From positions 7,319 through 71,318 of the forward strand of contig CAMTWI010000003.1 of NCBI GenBank assembly GCA_947085505.1: 64,000 nt of DNA, written 5' to 3'. The translations under genes were made by a program, and so were the position numbers. Below are positions 29,702 to 39,068 of this stretch, one piece after another. The notes under the pieces are model-generated. The model saw only the letters and a program-made list of their open reading frames with translations. It was not told the DNA's origin and searched no databases. Each line of letters starts with the position of its first letter. Positions within the stretch are counted from its first letter, which is position 1. The stretch is from an uncultured bacterium. GTDB lineage: Bacteria > Patescibacteriota > Minisyncoccia > Phycocordibacterales > Phycocordibacteraceae.

Positions 29702-29772
29702 TCGGGGTGCGGAGAATCGAACTCCGTCAACTACTTCCCAAAAGTAGCGTACTACCGGTATACGACACCCCG
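29702..29772 (-). tRNA. tRNA-Pro(TGG), CCA not encoded
   Basis: CGGGGTG..CTACT-TTTGGGA-AGTAG..GTTCGATT..CACCCCGA. Confidence 0.92.
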
Positions 29773-30128
29773 AGCGACTAACGGGATGCGCGTTGGCACA
29801 TCCCTACAGGAATACCTTCTCACGAATCTCCTGTCTTCGCTATCCTAACAGATTAATATGATTTACGGCAGAGAGCCTTATGCGCTCTCGGAGGGTTCAT
29901 GGCGTCTCTTATTTCTGTGGATATGTGTCGAATATCTTCATGTCTCTCAGCACAGAGGTCCTTAAGAGAGACTTATACAAAACCTAATAAGAATAAGGGT
30001 ATTTTTAGGACCGTGAAGATTTCTTCACATTTGTCCTATGTCCTTTATCCCCAGTGTTAACACCTTTATCCCCTGTTGTCCCAAACACAAAAGACAGCCG
30101 ATTGAGCTGTCTTTTGCTTTCTCATGCT

Positions 30129-30202
30129 TGGTGCGGATAGGGAGAATCGAACTCCCGACTCGTCCTTGGCAAGGACGCGTTTTACCACTAAACCATATCC
30201 GC
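30129..30202 (-). tRNA. tRNA-Gly(GCC), CCA encoded
   Basis: GCGGATA..CGTCC-TTGCCAA-GGACG..TATCCGCACCA. Confidence 0.94.
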
Positions 30203-30247
30203 TACGAGGGGCATCATAGCACACGGAGTGCCGCACGTTCCAGTATT

Positions 30248-31429
30248 TTAGCAGGCGTACTCGGACGGAACGAACGAGATGTCCTTCAATCTTCCGGCAC
30301 TCGAGACCAGAATCTCGCGTGGCAGTGCGTGCATGTTGAAGTTGCTTGCCATAGAGAATCCATATGCTCCAGCGTTCCGTATGGCGAGTACGTCACCTAG
30401 TTCAGGACGTACCATCAGGCGATCGACAGCGAAGATGTCTCCTGACTCGCACACGTTCCCTGCGACTGTTATAGAAGCTTTGTGTCCTCGAGTCCGAGAA
30501 AGGTTCTCTATAGGATGATATGAACCGTACATGGCATGTCGTATCAACTGGTTGAACCCGGAGTTAGCACCAACGAACTGATGCTCGCTTGTATTCTTTT
30601 GATCAACTACAGACACGAGCAAGGAGCCGCTCTCTGCCACAATGAATCGGCCGGGTTCCATCGCAAACGAGACATCGTGTCCGATAGATTTCCTGAAAGC
30701 GCTGGTAAGAATTTTGAACTCCTTCCCTACCCTCTTTAAATCAAGCTGGGTTTCTCCTGGCGCGTACGGTATACCGAGTCCTCCGCCAAAATCGATGTGT
30801 ATAAGATTCGGAAACTTCTTTGCTGTTTGCAGGAGCACTCGCACCGACCTAAGGAAGACACCAGCATCAAGGATGTTTGATCCTATGTGCTGCTGTATAC
30901 CGGTTACCTTAAGGCCGTATGAGTCTGCAATCCGCAGCGCTTCTGGAATGTCTTCAAGTGTTATGCCGAATTTGCTGTGCGGTCCTCCAGTTATCACGTG
31001 CGCGTGGTGCCCTGCCCCAATGCCCTGATTAAGACGTAGAGACACTTCCCTGCCTAAGGCTCGCCTTCCCCACACTTCGAGCTGCGTAAGAGAATCGAGA
31101 TGTGTGCGGGCGCCAGCTGCTGCTGCTGTCGCTAACTCTGCTTCCGTAAGACTCGCACACGTGAAGCTAGTTTCCTTTGCCTTGAATCCAACGTGCTTCG
31201 CAAGTGCGAGTTCCCCAAGACTAACTGCCTCTACCCCTATTCCCTGCTTGCGAATAATCCCAAGAATCGCAGGATTACTATTCGCCTTCATTGCGTAGTG
31301 CAGTGCGACATTCGGGAAGTGTCGCTTAAGTTTTTGGCACTGCGCTTCTATCACCTGCTGCTCGTAGACGTAAACCGGCGTCCCGTATGTCAGTGCTGCC
31401 TTATTCAGTATCTCTCTTCCCTCTTTCAT
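30248..31429 (-). CDS. lysA: Diaminopimelate decarboxylase
   Basis: YAMKAN, SKFG, HIGS, DFGGG, EPGRF, CESGD, GAYG. Confidence 0.88.
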   Translation of the reverse strand: MKEGREILNKAALTYGTPVYVYEQQVIEAQCQKLKRHFPNVALHYAMKANSNPAILGIIRKQGIGVEAVSLGELALAKHVGFKAKETSFTCASLTEAELATAAAAGARTHLDSLTQLEVWGRRALGREVSLRLNQGIGAGHHAHVITGGPHSKFGITLEDIPEALRIADSYGLKVTGIQQHIGSNILDAGVFLRSVRVLLQTAKKFPNLIHIDFGGGLGIPYAPGETQLDLKRVGKEFKILTSAFRKSIGHDVSFAMEPGRFIVAESGSLLVSVVDQKNTSEHQFVGANSGFNQLIRHAMYGSYHPIENLSRTRGHKASITVAGNVCESGDIFAVDRLMVRPELGDVLAIRNAGAYGFSMASNFNMHALPREILVSSAGRLKDISFVPSEYAC

Positions 31430-31433
31430 AATG

Positions 31434-31505
31434 TGCTCCCGCCAGGACTCGAACCTGGAACGACTGATCCGAAGTCAGTAATGATATCCATTTCACCACA
31501 GGAGC
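31434..31505 (-). tRNA. tRNA-Arg(TCG), CCA not encoded
   Basis: GCTCCTG..ACTGA-CTTCGGA-TCAGT..GGTTCGAGTCC..CGGGAGCA. Confidence 0.92.
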
Positions 31506-31565
31506 GTCCTAGTGATACTACCTGGAAGCTAGGAGAATGGCCATCAGCGTACTAGTATTTTCCTA

Positions 31566-33029
31566 ATGAAGTTCCCTGTTCCACTTGAGGTGTCCGGCGT
31601 CACTAAAGCCCTTCAGGACGCTGGATACGAAGCATATCTCGTGGGTGGATGCGTCCGTGATCTCCTTCTTAACCGGACCCCTAAGGACTGGGACGTAACC
31701 ACCAACGCAAAGCCTGAGCAGATCCAGGCAGTGTTCCCTGATTCGTTTTACGAGAATGATTTTGGAACCGTAGGCGTGAAGACCGGAAGCGAAGACAGTA
31801 CCCTCGCAATCATTGAGGTTACTCCCTATCGCACCGAAACTGGATACTCTGATAAGCGGCGTCCGGACGCCGTATCGTTTGGGGATAACTTAGAAGAAGA
31901 TCTCGCACGCCGAGACTTCACTATTAACGCTATTGCCCTTGATCCATCTAAAGGACAATTAATAGACCCCTATCAAGGACAAAAGGACATTGAGTCTCAG
32001 GTCTTAAGGACAGTTGGCGTACCTACTGACCGATTTGAGGAGGATGCCCTACGTCTTATGCGCGCAGTTCGACTAGTAGCGGAGCTCGAGTTCGCGCTCG
32101 ATACCGACACCGCTGCTGCTATCAAGGAGAAGGGTCCGAATTTGGCACACATTTCACGTGAAAGAATCCGGGACGAGTTTTTACGTATCCTAAACTCCAG
32201 CCAGCCTATGATGGCGCTTGTACTGGCTCAGCAGCTTGAAATACTTAGCTATATCGCCCCTGATCTGACCCGAGGAGTAGGTGTAGATCAGAACCAGGCA
32301 CATAGCTACGACGTGTTTGGGCACCTTATGCGAGCACTCCAGCACGCAGCTGATAAGGGCTGGAGCCAGGACATACGCCTTGCAGCGGTATTCCATGACG
32401 TATCTAAGCCAGAAACTCGACGCTGGTCCGATGAGAAAAAGGATTGGACCTTTCATGGGCACGAGGTAGTTGGTTCACGTGTAACCCGAAAGGCTCTAGA
32501 GGACCTCAAGTTTTCACGTGAAACTATTGAAAGAGTCACTAAATTGGTGCGCTGGCACATGTTCTTCTCCGATCCAGACCAGATTACCCTTTCGGCTGTT
32601 CGCCGAATGATTAGGAATGTTGGGGAGGAAAATATCTACGATCTTCTTGATCTCCGCATCTGTGATCGCATTGGGACAGGCAGACCTAAAGAGCAGCCGT
32701 TCCGTTTCCGCAGGTATAAAGCCATGGTTGAGGAAGCGCTTCGAGATCCGATATCTGTAGGAATGCTTAAAACAGACGGTTCACGGCTAATGGAGAAGTT
32801 CCACGTGCAACCAGGTCCAAAAATTGGTTTTGTCCTCCATGCGCTCCTTGAGGAGGTCCTCGAAGATCCAAAGAGGAATACTGAGGAGTACTTGGACACC
32901 CGGACTCTCGAGCTCCTGGCGCTACCTGAGGCGGACCTTAAGACGCTAGGCGATTCAGGCAAAAAGAGGAGGGAAGACGAGGAGGAACGAGAAATCAAGG
33001 AAATCCTTGAAAAACACCACGTAGGGTAG
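31566..33029 (+). CDS. cca: tRNA nucleotidyltransferase (CCA-adding) with HD domain
   Basis: VGGCVRD..DWD, RRDFTINA, EDALRLMR, FHDVSK. Confidence 0.9.
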   Translation: MKFPVPLEVSGVTKALQDAGYEAYLVGGCVRDLLLNRTPKDWDVTTNAKPEQIQAVFPDSFYENDFGTVGVKTGSEDSTLAIIEVTPYRTETGYSDKRRPDAVSFGDNLEEDLARRDFTINAIALDPSKGQLIDPYQGQKDIESQVLRTVGVPTDRFEEDALRLMRAVRLVAELEFALDTDTAAAIKEKGPNLAHISRERIRDEFLRILNSSQPMMALVLAQQLEILSYIAPDLTRGVGVDQNQAHSYDVFGHLMRALQHAADKGWSQDIRLAAVFHDVSKPETRRWSDEKKDWTFHGHEVVGSRVTRKALEDLKFSRETIERVTKLVRWHMFFSDPDQITLSAVRRMIRNVGEENIYDLLDLRICDRIGTGRPKEQPFRFRRYKAMVEEALRDPISVGMLKTDGSRLMEKFHVQPGPKIGFVLHALLEEVLEDPKRNTEEYLDTRTLELLALPEADLKTLGDSGKKRREDEEEREIKEILEKHHVG

Positions 33030-33261
33030 GTTTTCACGTGGAACTAGCTGTTTTAGGCACAAAAGCCCGTACATACGGGCTTTTGTGGTGTTTCATGTGA
33101 AATATGGCCATATAGCAGAAGACCGCCGGGAAGGCGGTCTCTTCTGTAATGCGTCCAAGGCGGCGGGGAAGGTTGGGGAAGGGGCTGTTTTTGAGACCCC
33201 GCCAAGAGAGTATGGACATAACAGGACAAACGAACTGATGATGTGCCTTTCACGTGGAACT
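32150..33261. other. Cluster of seven parS-like palindromes
   Basis: 16-mers resembling TGTTTCACGTGAAACA starting at 32150, 32471, 32510, 32797, 33030, 33089, 33246. Confidence 0.75.
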
Positions 33262-33509
33262 AGTTTATGCCGGACCCAGTCGGTATAGAGAGGATACGCC
33301 TCGTCGTTGGACAGCTAACATGCCACACGTTACTTGCACCTGATAGGGCACAAAGAGCTCGCAAAGAACATCGCCACCCTTAGGAGGTGGCGTGTCTCTC
33401 TCGAGCTCTGCCCAACCCCCTCAGGTCTGTATAGATAATACTCTTCTAAAGGACAGAGTAAAGGACAACTATGTGGATAGAGTGGATAACATGTCTTTTA
33501 TGATGTCCT

Positions 33510-34304
33510 TTAGAGCGTAATGGACACAGGGCAGTGGTCGGATCCGTAGATGTCCGCATGAATCTCTGCGTCTTTAACTTTAGAAGAAAGCTTCTTCGAA
33601 GTGAAAATGTAGTCAATACGCCAGCCCACATTGCGGTCGCGCGCCATCCGAAACGGACTCCACCAGGAGTAGTGGCCGTTGCCCTCTGTGAACATTCGGA
33701 ACGTATCAACGAATCCGGCTTCCTGGATTTGATCGATGCCCGCTCGCTCTTCCTTGGTATACCCGTGCCCGCCCTCGTTTGCTTTAGGGTTTGCGAGATC
33801 GTCTGGGGTATGTGCGACGTTCAAATCACCGCAGAAAATAACGGGTTTCTCCTCTTCAAGACGCTTCATATAGGTAAGGAAAGCAGGGTCCCATTTATCG
33901 TGGCGAAGACCAAGTCTGGAGAGGTCTTCCTTGGAGTTTGGGGTATAGACTGAGACAACCCAGAACTGACCCATGTCTGCAGCAATGATCCGACCCTCCT
34001 CGTTAGGGTCTCCGTAATCGTCGCCGGAAAGGCCGTATTCCTTGGCTATATCCTCAGGCATACCAAAGAGCACGTCCTCGGGAACCTGCTTAGTGAATAT
34101 GGCGGTGCCACTGTAGCCCTTTCGATTCTTCGCGGAATGCCAGTATTCCTCGTACTCCATGAGATCAACAGGGGATTGATGCTGCTCTGCTTTTGTCTCT
34201 TGAAGACAAATGATGTCTGGCTTCAATTGTTTTACAAAAGGCTCAAATAGGCCCTTTTTGTGTACGGCACGGATACCGTTTACGTTCCAGGAGACGATTT
34301 TCAT
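33510..34304 (-). CDS. xth: Exodeoxyribonuclease III
   Basis: SWNVNGIR, LQETK, GDLN, WRIDY, SDHCP. Confidence 0.95.
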   Translation of the reverse strand: MKIVSWNVNGIRAVHKKGLFEPFVKQLKPDIICLQETKAEQHQSPVDLMEYEEYWHSAKNRKGYSGTAIFTKQVPEDVLFGMPEDIAKEYGLSGDDYGDPNEEGRIIAADMGQFWVVSVYTPNSKEDLSRLGLRHDKWDPAFLTYMKRLEEEKPVIFCGDLNVAHTPDDLANPKANEGGHGYTKEERAGIDQIQEAGFVDTFRMFTEGNGHYSWWSPFRMARDRNVGWRIDYIFTSKKLSSKVKDAEIHADIYGSDHCPVSITL

Positions 34305-34349
34305 GCGGGTATTGTATACCGACCAAAGCTTCGATCCCTAGTCTGCCAA

Positions 34350-35258
34350 CTATGCACGCTTGGAATGAAACTTCTTATGCACCTCTCTCAAATGAGAGTC
34401 CGTTACGTGCGTATAGATCTGGGTCGTATTGATAGACGCATGACCAAGCAAGGCCTGCACAGAACGTATATCTGCGCCGTTTGAGAGGAGATCAGTTGCA
34501 AAAGAGTGCCGCATAACGTGGGGCGTTACTTTCTTCGTAATACCAGCCTTCGTGGCATAGGTCTTTATAAGGAGCTCGATGGAGCGGGGAGTAAGGCGGG
34601 TAGGGATTCTCTTCTTGGTCTCGGACTTTCGCGCGGCACTCACGAACAATGCCGGCTCCATATCTGTACGAGCCTTTAGATAGGCCCTGGTAGCGGCTTT
34701 GGCAGCGTCTGAAAGGAACACCACACGCACCTTGTCGCCCTTTCCGCGAATAGGGAAGTCATCTCTGGAGAGATCGAGATCGGAATCGAGGCTGCAAAGC
34801 TCTGAAACACGCAGTCCCGTAGAGAAGAGCATCTCGAGAATTGCCTTGTCGCGAAGCGCTTTCTCGCTCTCGCCATCCGTTGCCTTAAGTAACCGGTCGA
34901 GCTCAAGAGGGGAGATAAGGTCCAAATGGCGCTCGGGCACCTTCGCAAGCTCTATCTTCTCCGGAGAAAGTGAGGGAATGTCACGCTTCCGGAGGAACTT
35001 GAGGTACGCACGGAGCGCTATGAGGTAGTAATTCTGTGTCCGGCGCTTCATTGAGTCCTTATTCGTGCCTGGCTGGCGGTTAAGCCAGAGCCTGAATTCA
35101 CGCACTTTCTCCTCCGTTATGGCGCCAGTATCCTTAATTTGCGCGTATTCAAAGAATCGAGAGAGATAATGATCATAGTTTTCTATGGTTTTAACCGCTC
35201 TACCGCGCTCAATCTCGAGATATTCAAGGAATTGACGCTTCATCTGTACCGCATCCAT
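34350..35258 (-). CDS. XerC/XerD-family tyrosine recombinase
   Basis: TGLRVSE, GKGDK, HVMRHSFAT, LLGH, TQIY. Confidence 0.92.
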   Translation of the reverse strand: MDAVQMKRQFLEYLEIERGRAVKTIENYDHYLSRFFEYAQIKDTGAITEEKVREFRLWLNRQPGTNKDSMKRRTQNYYLIALRAYLKFLRKRDIPSLSPEKIELAKVPERHLDLISPLELDRLLKATDGESEKALRDKAILEMLFSTGLRVSELCSLDSDLDLSRDDFPIRGKGDKVRVVFLSDAAKAATRAYLKARTDMEPALFVSAARKSETKKRIPTRLTPRSIELLIKTYATKAGITKKVTPHVMRHSFATDLLSNGADIRSVQALLGHASINTTQIYTHVTDSHLREVHKKFHSKRA

Positions 35259-35361
35259 ATAAAAAGAGTAGCATGGAGGTTCGCACAATATTCATGAGCG
35301 TCTAGGCCGCCCCACTAGGAAACACTTGCGTTTTTAATCAAGGTGTGGTAAGGTACAAGTA

Positions 35362-35628
35362 ATGCTAACGAAACGAGTAAAGACCGCGGTTATTAAGGAT
35401 ATTGCACGCCACCCTGAGGATACCGGCTCCGCCGACGTCCAGGTTGCGATCCTAAGCCGCAAAATTGACGAGCTTACGACTCATCTTAAGAAGAACAAGA
35501 AGGATTTCCACTCCCGCCGTGGTCTTCTTCAGATGGTTGCTGACCGTCGTACCCACCTTCGCTATCTTGAGAAAAACGACAAGCGTCGCTATAGCGCAGT
35601 CGTGAAGAAACTCGGTTTGAAGAAGTAG
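35362..35628 (+). CDS. rpsO: 30S ribosomal protein S15
   Basis: DTGSADVQ..KDFHSRRGL. Confidence 0.96.
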   Translation: MLTKRVKTAVIKDIARHPEDTGSADVQVAILSRKIDELTTHLKKNKKDFHSRRGLLQMVADRRTHLRYLEKNDKRRYSAVVKKLGLKK

Positions 35629-35728
35629 GAAACAGCGGGCACCGACCCGCGTTTCTCGTTCTAAGCAGGTGCTAGAATACACTCAGGCTCCTCTGAGCCT
35701 TATTACACCGTTTTAATACTGAACCGTT

Positions 35729-36241
35729 ATGCCTGTTATCAAGCATCCGGCGCAACGAGTAGGAGTTTTCATCGACACGCAGAACCTCTACCACAGCGCT
35801 AAACATCTTTATAAGTCCCGCGTTAACTTCGCCAAGGTCCTCGAAGAGGCCGTGGGGGACCGCATTCTTGTTCGCGCCATCGCCTACGTTATTTCTACCG
35901 AAGGTGGCGACGAGAGTGCCTTCTTCGATGCCCTCACCAAGATCGGCATTGAGACGAAGGTGAAAGGTCTCCAGATCTTCTCAGACGGCGCAAAGAAAGC
36001 CGACTGGGATGTGGGCCTCGCCATAGACGCCGTTAAACTAGCTCCCAAGCTCGACACTGTTATTATCGCGAGCGGGGACGGGGATTTCGTGCCTCTTATT
36101 GAGTACTTGGATATGAACCAAGGCTGCCAAGTGGAAGTTATCTCCTTCGGGAAGTCTTCCTCGCAGAAACTCAAGGAAGCTGCACACGCGTTTACTGACA
36201 TGTGTGAGGACCCCAAGAAGTTCATCATCGGGCACCGATAG
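35729..36241 (+). CDS. NYN domain protein (LabA/DUF88)
   Basis: FIDTQNL, DWDVGLAID, SGDGDF. Confidence 0.9.
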   Translation: MPVIKHPAQRVGVFIDTQNLYHSAKHLYKSRVNFAKVLEEAVGDRILVRAIAYVISTEGGDESAFFDALTKIGIETKVKGLQIFSDGAKKADWDVGLAIDAVKLAPKLDTVIIASGDGDFVPLIEYLDMNQGCQVEVISFGKSSSQKLKEAAHAFTDMCEDPKKFIIGHR

Positions 36242-36345
36242 AGATGTGATTCAGATGAAAAGACCGCGACATAGTGTCGCGGTCTTTTCTATACACGCAC
36301 ACACCTCTTCATGCTGCGCGGCCCGGGTATAATCAAAAGAACACC

Positions 36346-37953
36346 ATGCCACCACTCAACGATCCAAAGAAGGAGCCCGCGGCAACTCCCACTCCTGCTG
36401 AAACTGCAGCTAACATCACCGTTGCGCTCGAGGACCGTTCAAAATATATACGCACCATGGCCAAAGACATGGCAACGATTTCTGGAAATCCGTCCGTGCA
36501 GGCTCCAGCAAAGAAAACATCCATAAAAGAAGAGACCGTTGCTGGCGTCACCCTCGCAACTGAAGAGCGTCCATTCTTTGAGAAGCCGCAATCAAGAGAA
36601 GAGCGTGTGGCAGGTGAACCAATTGCACTCCCGACCATGCAGGAGGCGGACACCGTTGTAGAGGCCGCGCCGAATCCAGTTGAAGTGCGTGCTGCAGAGC
36701 GTGCGGCTGTCCTCGAGCGCCTTCGCCAGAAGGTGGGGGAGAGTGCACAGATGTCTATCCAAGATTCTCCTGCACCCGAAGTGCCAGGTCCTGTTGAGGC
36801 ACCAAGAGAGAAGTCGTGGCCAGATATTCCCGCACCTGATTTTTCAGTACCCCCGCCAGCGCCACTTCCTATTCCCGAGACTCCGAAGTCTGAGTGGTCT
36901 AACATCCCGGCACCTGCGCCACAGTTTGCACCGCTTACAGAACCCGTGCCTTCAAGACTTCCTCCGGTAGGGAAGGAGTCGTATCGTGAACCTATTGAAG
37001 AAGCGGTGCCAGCGCGTCCACTTGCACCTAGTGGCCCTGACGTTATGCATACGTACTCGAGCGATTTCTCAGATCGTATCGACACGAAGGACGCTTCCAC
37101 GTTCTCGGTACTTGCCGCAGAGCAGGACTCAGAGACTAAAACCGCCGCGGTGCTCTCTTCACCAAAGAAGAGTCCCGCTAAAGCAATTGTTGCGGTAGCG
37201 ACTGGGATCCTGCTTCTCGCACTCGCGGGCGGCGGCGTCTTCGCTACCTATCAGTTTGTTATGACCATGCGCGACACGCCGATCGCATCGCTTACCGTTC
37301 CATCGATTGTCTTTGCAGACGAATACCGTGAACTCTCTGGCACCGGGAACGCGCTTATGAGTGCGTTTGCGTCTACGGCAAACGGCACGCTTGTTCCCGG
37401 CAACGTTCTTGTCACATATATCCTTACGGACGCAAGCGGGGAAGACGGAACAATTCTTAGAAGTCCGGCTGGTGGCGCTGCGTTTATTCGAGCACTCCAG
37501 GTTCCTGCGCCTGACATACTTCTTCGAAACATCGCAGGAATGAGCACGACCGGGGTAATAAATGCAGGAGGGAATACGACGCCATTCTTCGCGCTCCGAG
37601 TCGATTCGTATGAGCGAACCTACGCTGGCATCCTCACGTGGGAGCCACTCATGCATCGGGACCTCGGACTTTTGTACCCACTCTATAGGATAGAGAGTGC
37701 TCCGACCGAAGAGACTGTGGCGACAAGTACCACAGGCGCAACAACAACGACAGCGATTCCTGTACTTGCAGCCGAAGCAGCCGCCCGTACTCGATTTGAA
37801 GACGCAATTGTTGCCAACCATGATGTGCGCATCCTGAGAGATACCGAAGGGCGTTCCCTAATCCTCTACGGCTACGCAAACAAGCGAACACTCTTAGTTG
37901 TCCGAGACGAAGCTGCTTTTGAAGCACTCCTTGCTCGCCTGAAGACTGAATAG
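36346..37953 (+). CDS. Membrane protein with Pro-rich cytoplasmic N-terminus
   Basis: IRTMAKD and HTYSSD motifs, single TM, C-terminal domain. Confidence 0.75.
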   Translation: MPPLNDPKKEPAATPTPAETAANITVALEDRSKYIRTMAKDMATISGNPSVQAPAKKTSIKEETVAGVTLATEERPFFEKPQSREERVAGEPIALPTMQEADTVVEAAPNPVEVRAAERAAVLERLRQKVGESAQMSIQDSPAPEVPGPVEAPREKSWPDIPAPDFSVPPPAPLPIPETPKSEWSNIPAPAPQFAPLTEPVPSRLPPVGKESYREPIEEAVPARPLAPSGPDVMHTYSSDFSDRIDTKDASTFSVLAAEQDSETKTAAVLSSPKKSPAKAIVAVATGILLLALAGGGVFATYQFVMTMRDTPIASLTVPSIVFADEYRELSGTGNALMSAFASTANGTLVPGNVLVTYILTDASGEDGTILRSPAGGAAFIRALQVPAPDILLRNIAGMSTTGVINAGGNTTPFFALRVDSYERTYAGILTWEPLMHRDLGLLYPLYRIESAPTEETVATSTTGATTTTAIPVLAAEAAARTRFEDAIVANHDVRILRDTEGRSLILYGYANKRTLLVVRDEAAFEALLARLKTE

Positions 37954-37983
37954 AGTGGAGATTTTCATGGTACAGTAGCGGCC

Positions 37984-38337
37984 ATGAACATCGAACAATT
38001 CCGCGCACGTTTAACCGAAGAGAAAGCAGCACTTGAAGCAGAACTTGCCACCGTTGGCCGAAAGAACCCGAGCAACCCAAACGACTGGGAGGCCACACCT
38101 GAAGAGACCGGTCTTGAAGCAGATCCAAACGATCGTGCAGACCAAATGGAGGAGTTCGGCAACAATGCCGCCATCCTTACAGACCTCGAGCATCGTTATA
38201 ACGACGTAGTCGCAGCGCTCGCTCGCATCGAGGACGGTACATACGGTATTTGCACCGTGTCTGGAGAGCCGATAGAAGAGGACCGTCTTGAGGCAGACCC
38301 GGCCGCTCCCACAAACAAAGCACACATGAACGGCTAA
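37984..38337 (+). CDS. TraR/DksA family protein
   Basis: DPNDRA coiled-coil tip, ALARIEDGTYGIC..RLEA. Confidence 0.85.
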   Translation: MNIEQFRARLTEEKAALEAELATVGRKNPSNPNDWEATPEETGLEADPNDRADQMEEFGNNAAILTDLEHRYNDVVAALARIEDGTYGICTVSGEPIEEDRLEADPAAPTNKAHMNG

Positions 38338-38339
38338 CT

Positions 38340-39014
38340 ATGAATACTTTTTCTGTTAAGGAGGCGCTTACCCACGGGTGGAATACCTTTAAGTCCCGAC
38401 CATGGATATTCGTACAGGCAGGAATTCTTTTATTCCTTATCAACGTCGCCGTAAATCTCGTGCAAACCCTAGTTGAGGAGGCCGCCAAGTTGAATGGAGA
38501 CATGGCAGCACTCATGCTTGGGCTTGTGTCTATGGCACTTGGTATTGGTGTGTCCTTTCTCATTAGCATGGGAGAGACCGCCTTCTTCCTACGCGCGCAT
38601 GACAAGCCGGAAGACGTATCCCTTAGGGACCTCTGGCATCCACATCCATTCTGGAAGTTCCTCGGCACAAGTCTGCTTGCAGGCCTCATGATCCTTGGAG
38701 GCCTTATCCTGCTTATTGTTCCCGGCATCATCGTTGGCCTCATGCTTGCGTTCGTCGGCTACATTGTCATTGAGGAAAACCTCGGCCCAATTGATGCAAT
38801 CAAGCGCAGTGTGGCGCTCACCAAGGGAAACCGCTGGAAGCTCTTTCAGCTTTCACTCTCGCTCGTTGTTCTAAACATTCTCGGGTTGCTTGCGCTTCTC
38901 GTTGGTCTCTTCGTTACCATTCCTATCTCCTTCATCGCTATGGTATATGCATACCAAGCCCTGAAAGGGCGGGTGATTGAAGACGTAGTTACGGTCGAGT
39001 CAGTAGTAGCGTAA
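38340..39014 (+). CDS. Integral membrane protein (DUF975-like)
   Basis: Multi-TM, ILLIVPGII, AIKRSVALTKG. Confidence 0.75.
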   Translation: MNTFSVKEALTHGWNTFKSRPWIFVQAGILLFLINVAVNLVQTLVEEAAKLNGDMAALMLGLVSMALGIGVSFLISMGETAFFLRAHDKPEDVSLRDLWHPHPFWKFLGTSLLAGLMILGGLILLIVPGIIVGLMLAFVGYIVIEENLGPIDAIKRSVALTKGNRWKLFQLSLSLVVLNILGLLALLVGLFVTIPISFIAMVYAYQALKGRVIEDVVTVESVVA

Positions 39015-39068
39015 GGAACACAAAAAGAAAACCCCGGACAAGTTCCGGGGTTTTCTTTTATCTGTAGT

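Noticed and set aside
33338-33426. SRP (4.5S) RNA
   Set aside because: No GGAA tetraloop with CAGG/AGCA internal-loop motif on either strand
29400-33500. True oriC displaced to the tRNA/parS region
   Set aside because: The dnaA-dnaN gap has the complete box + trio layout; kept only as accessory DnaA-box clusters
34350-35305. Xer recombinase as a mobile-element integrase; GGTTCGCACAA (35278) as a dif arm
   Set aside because: Housekeeping context with no att repeats; only one arm resembles dif and the region is origin-proximal
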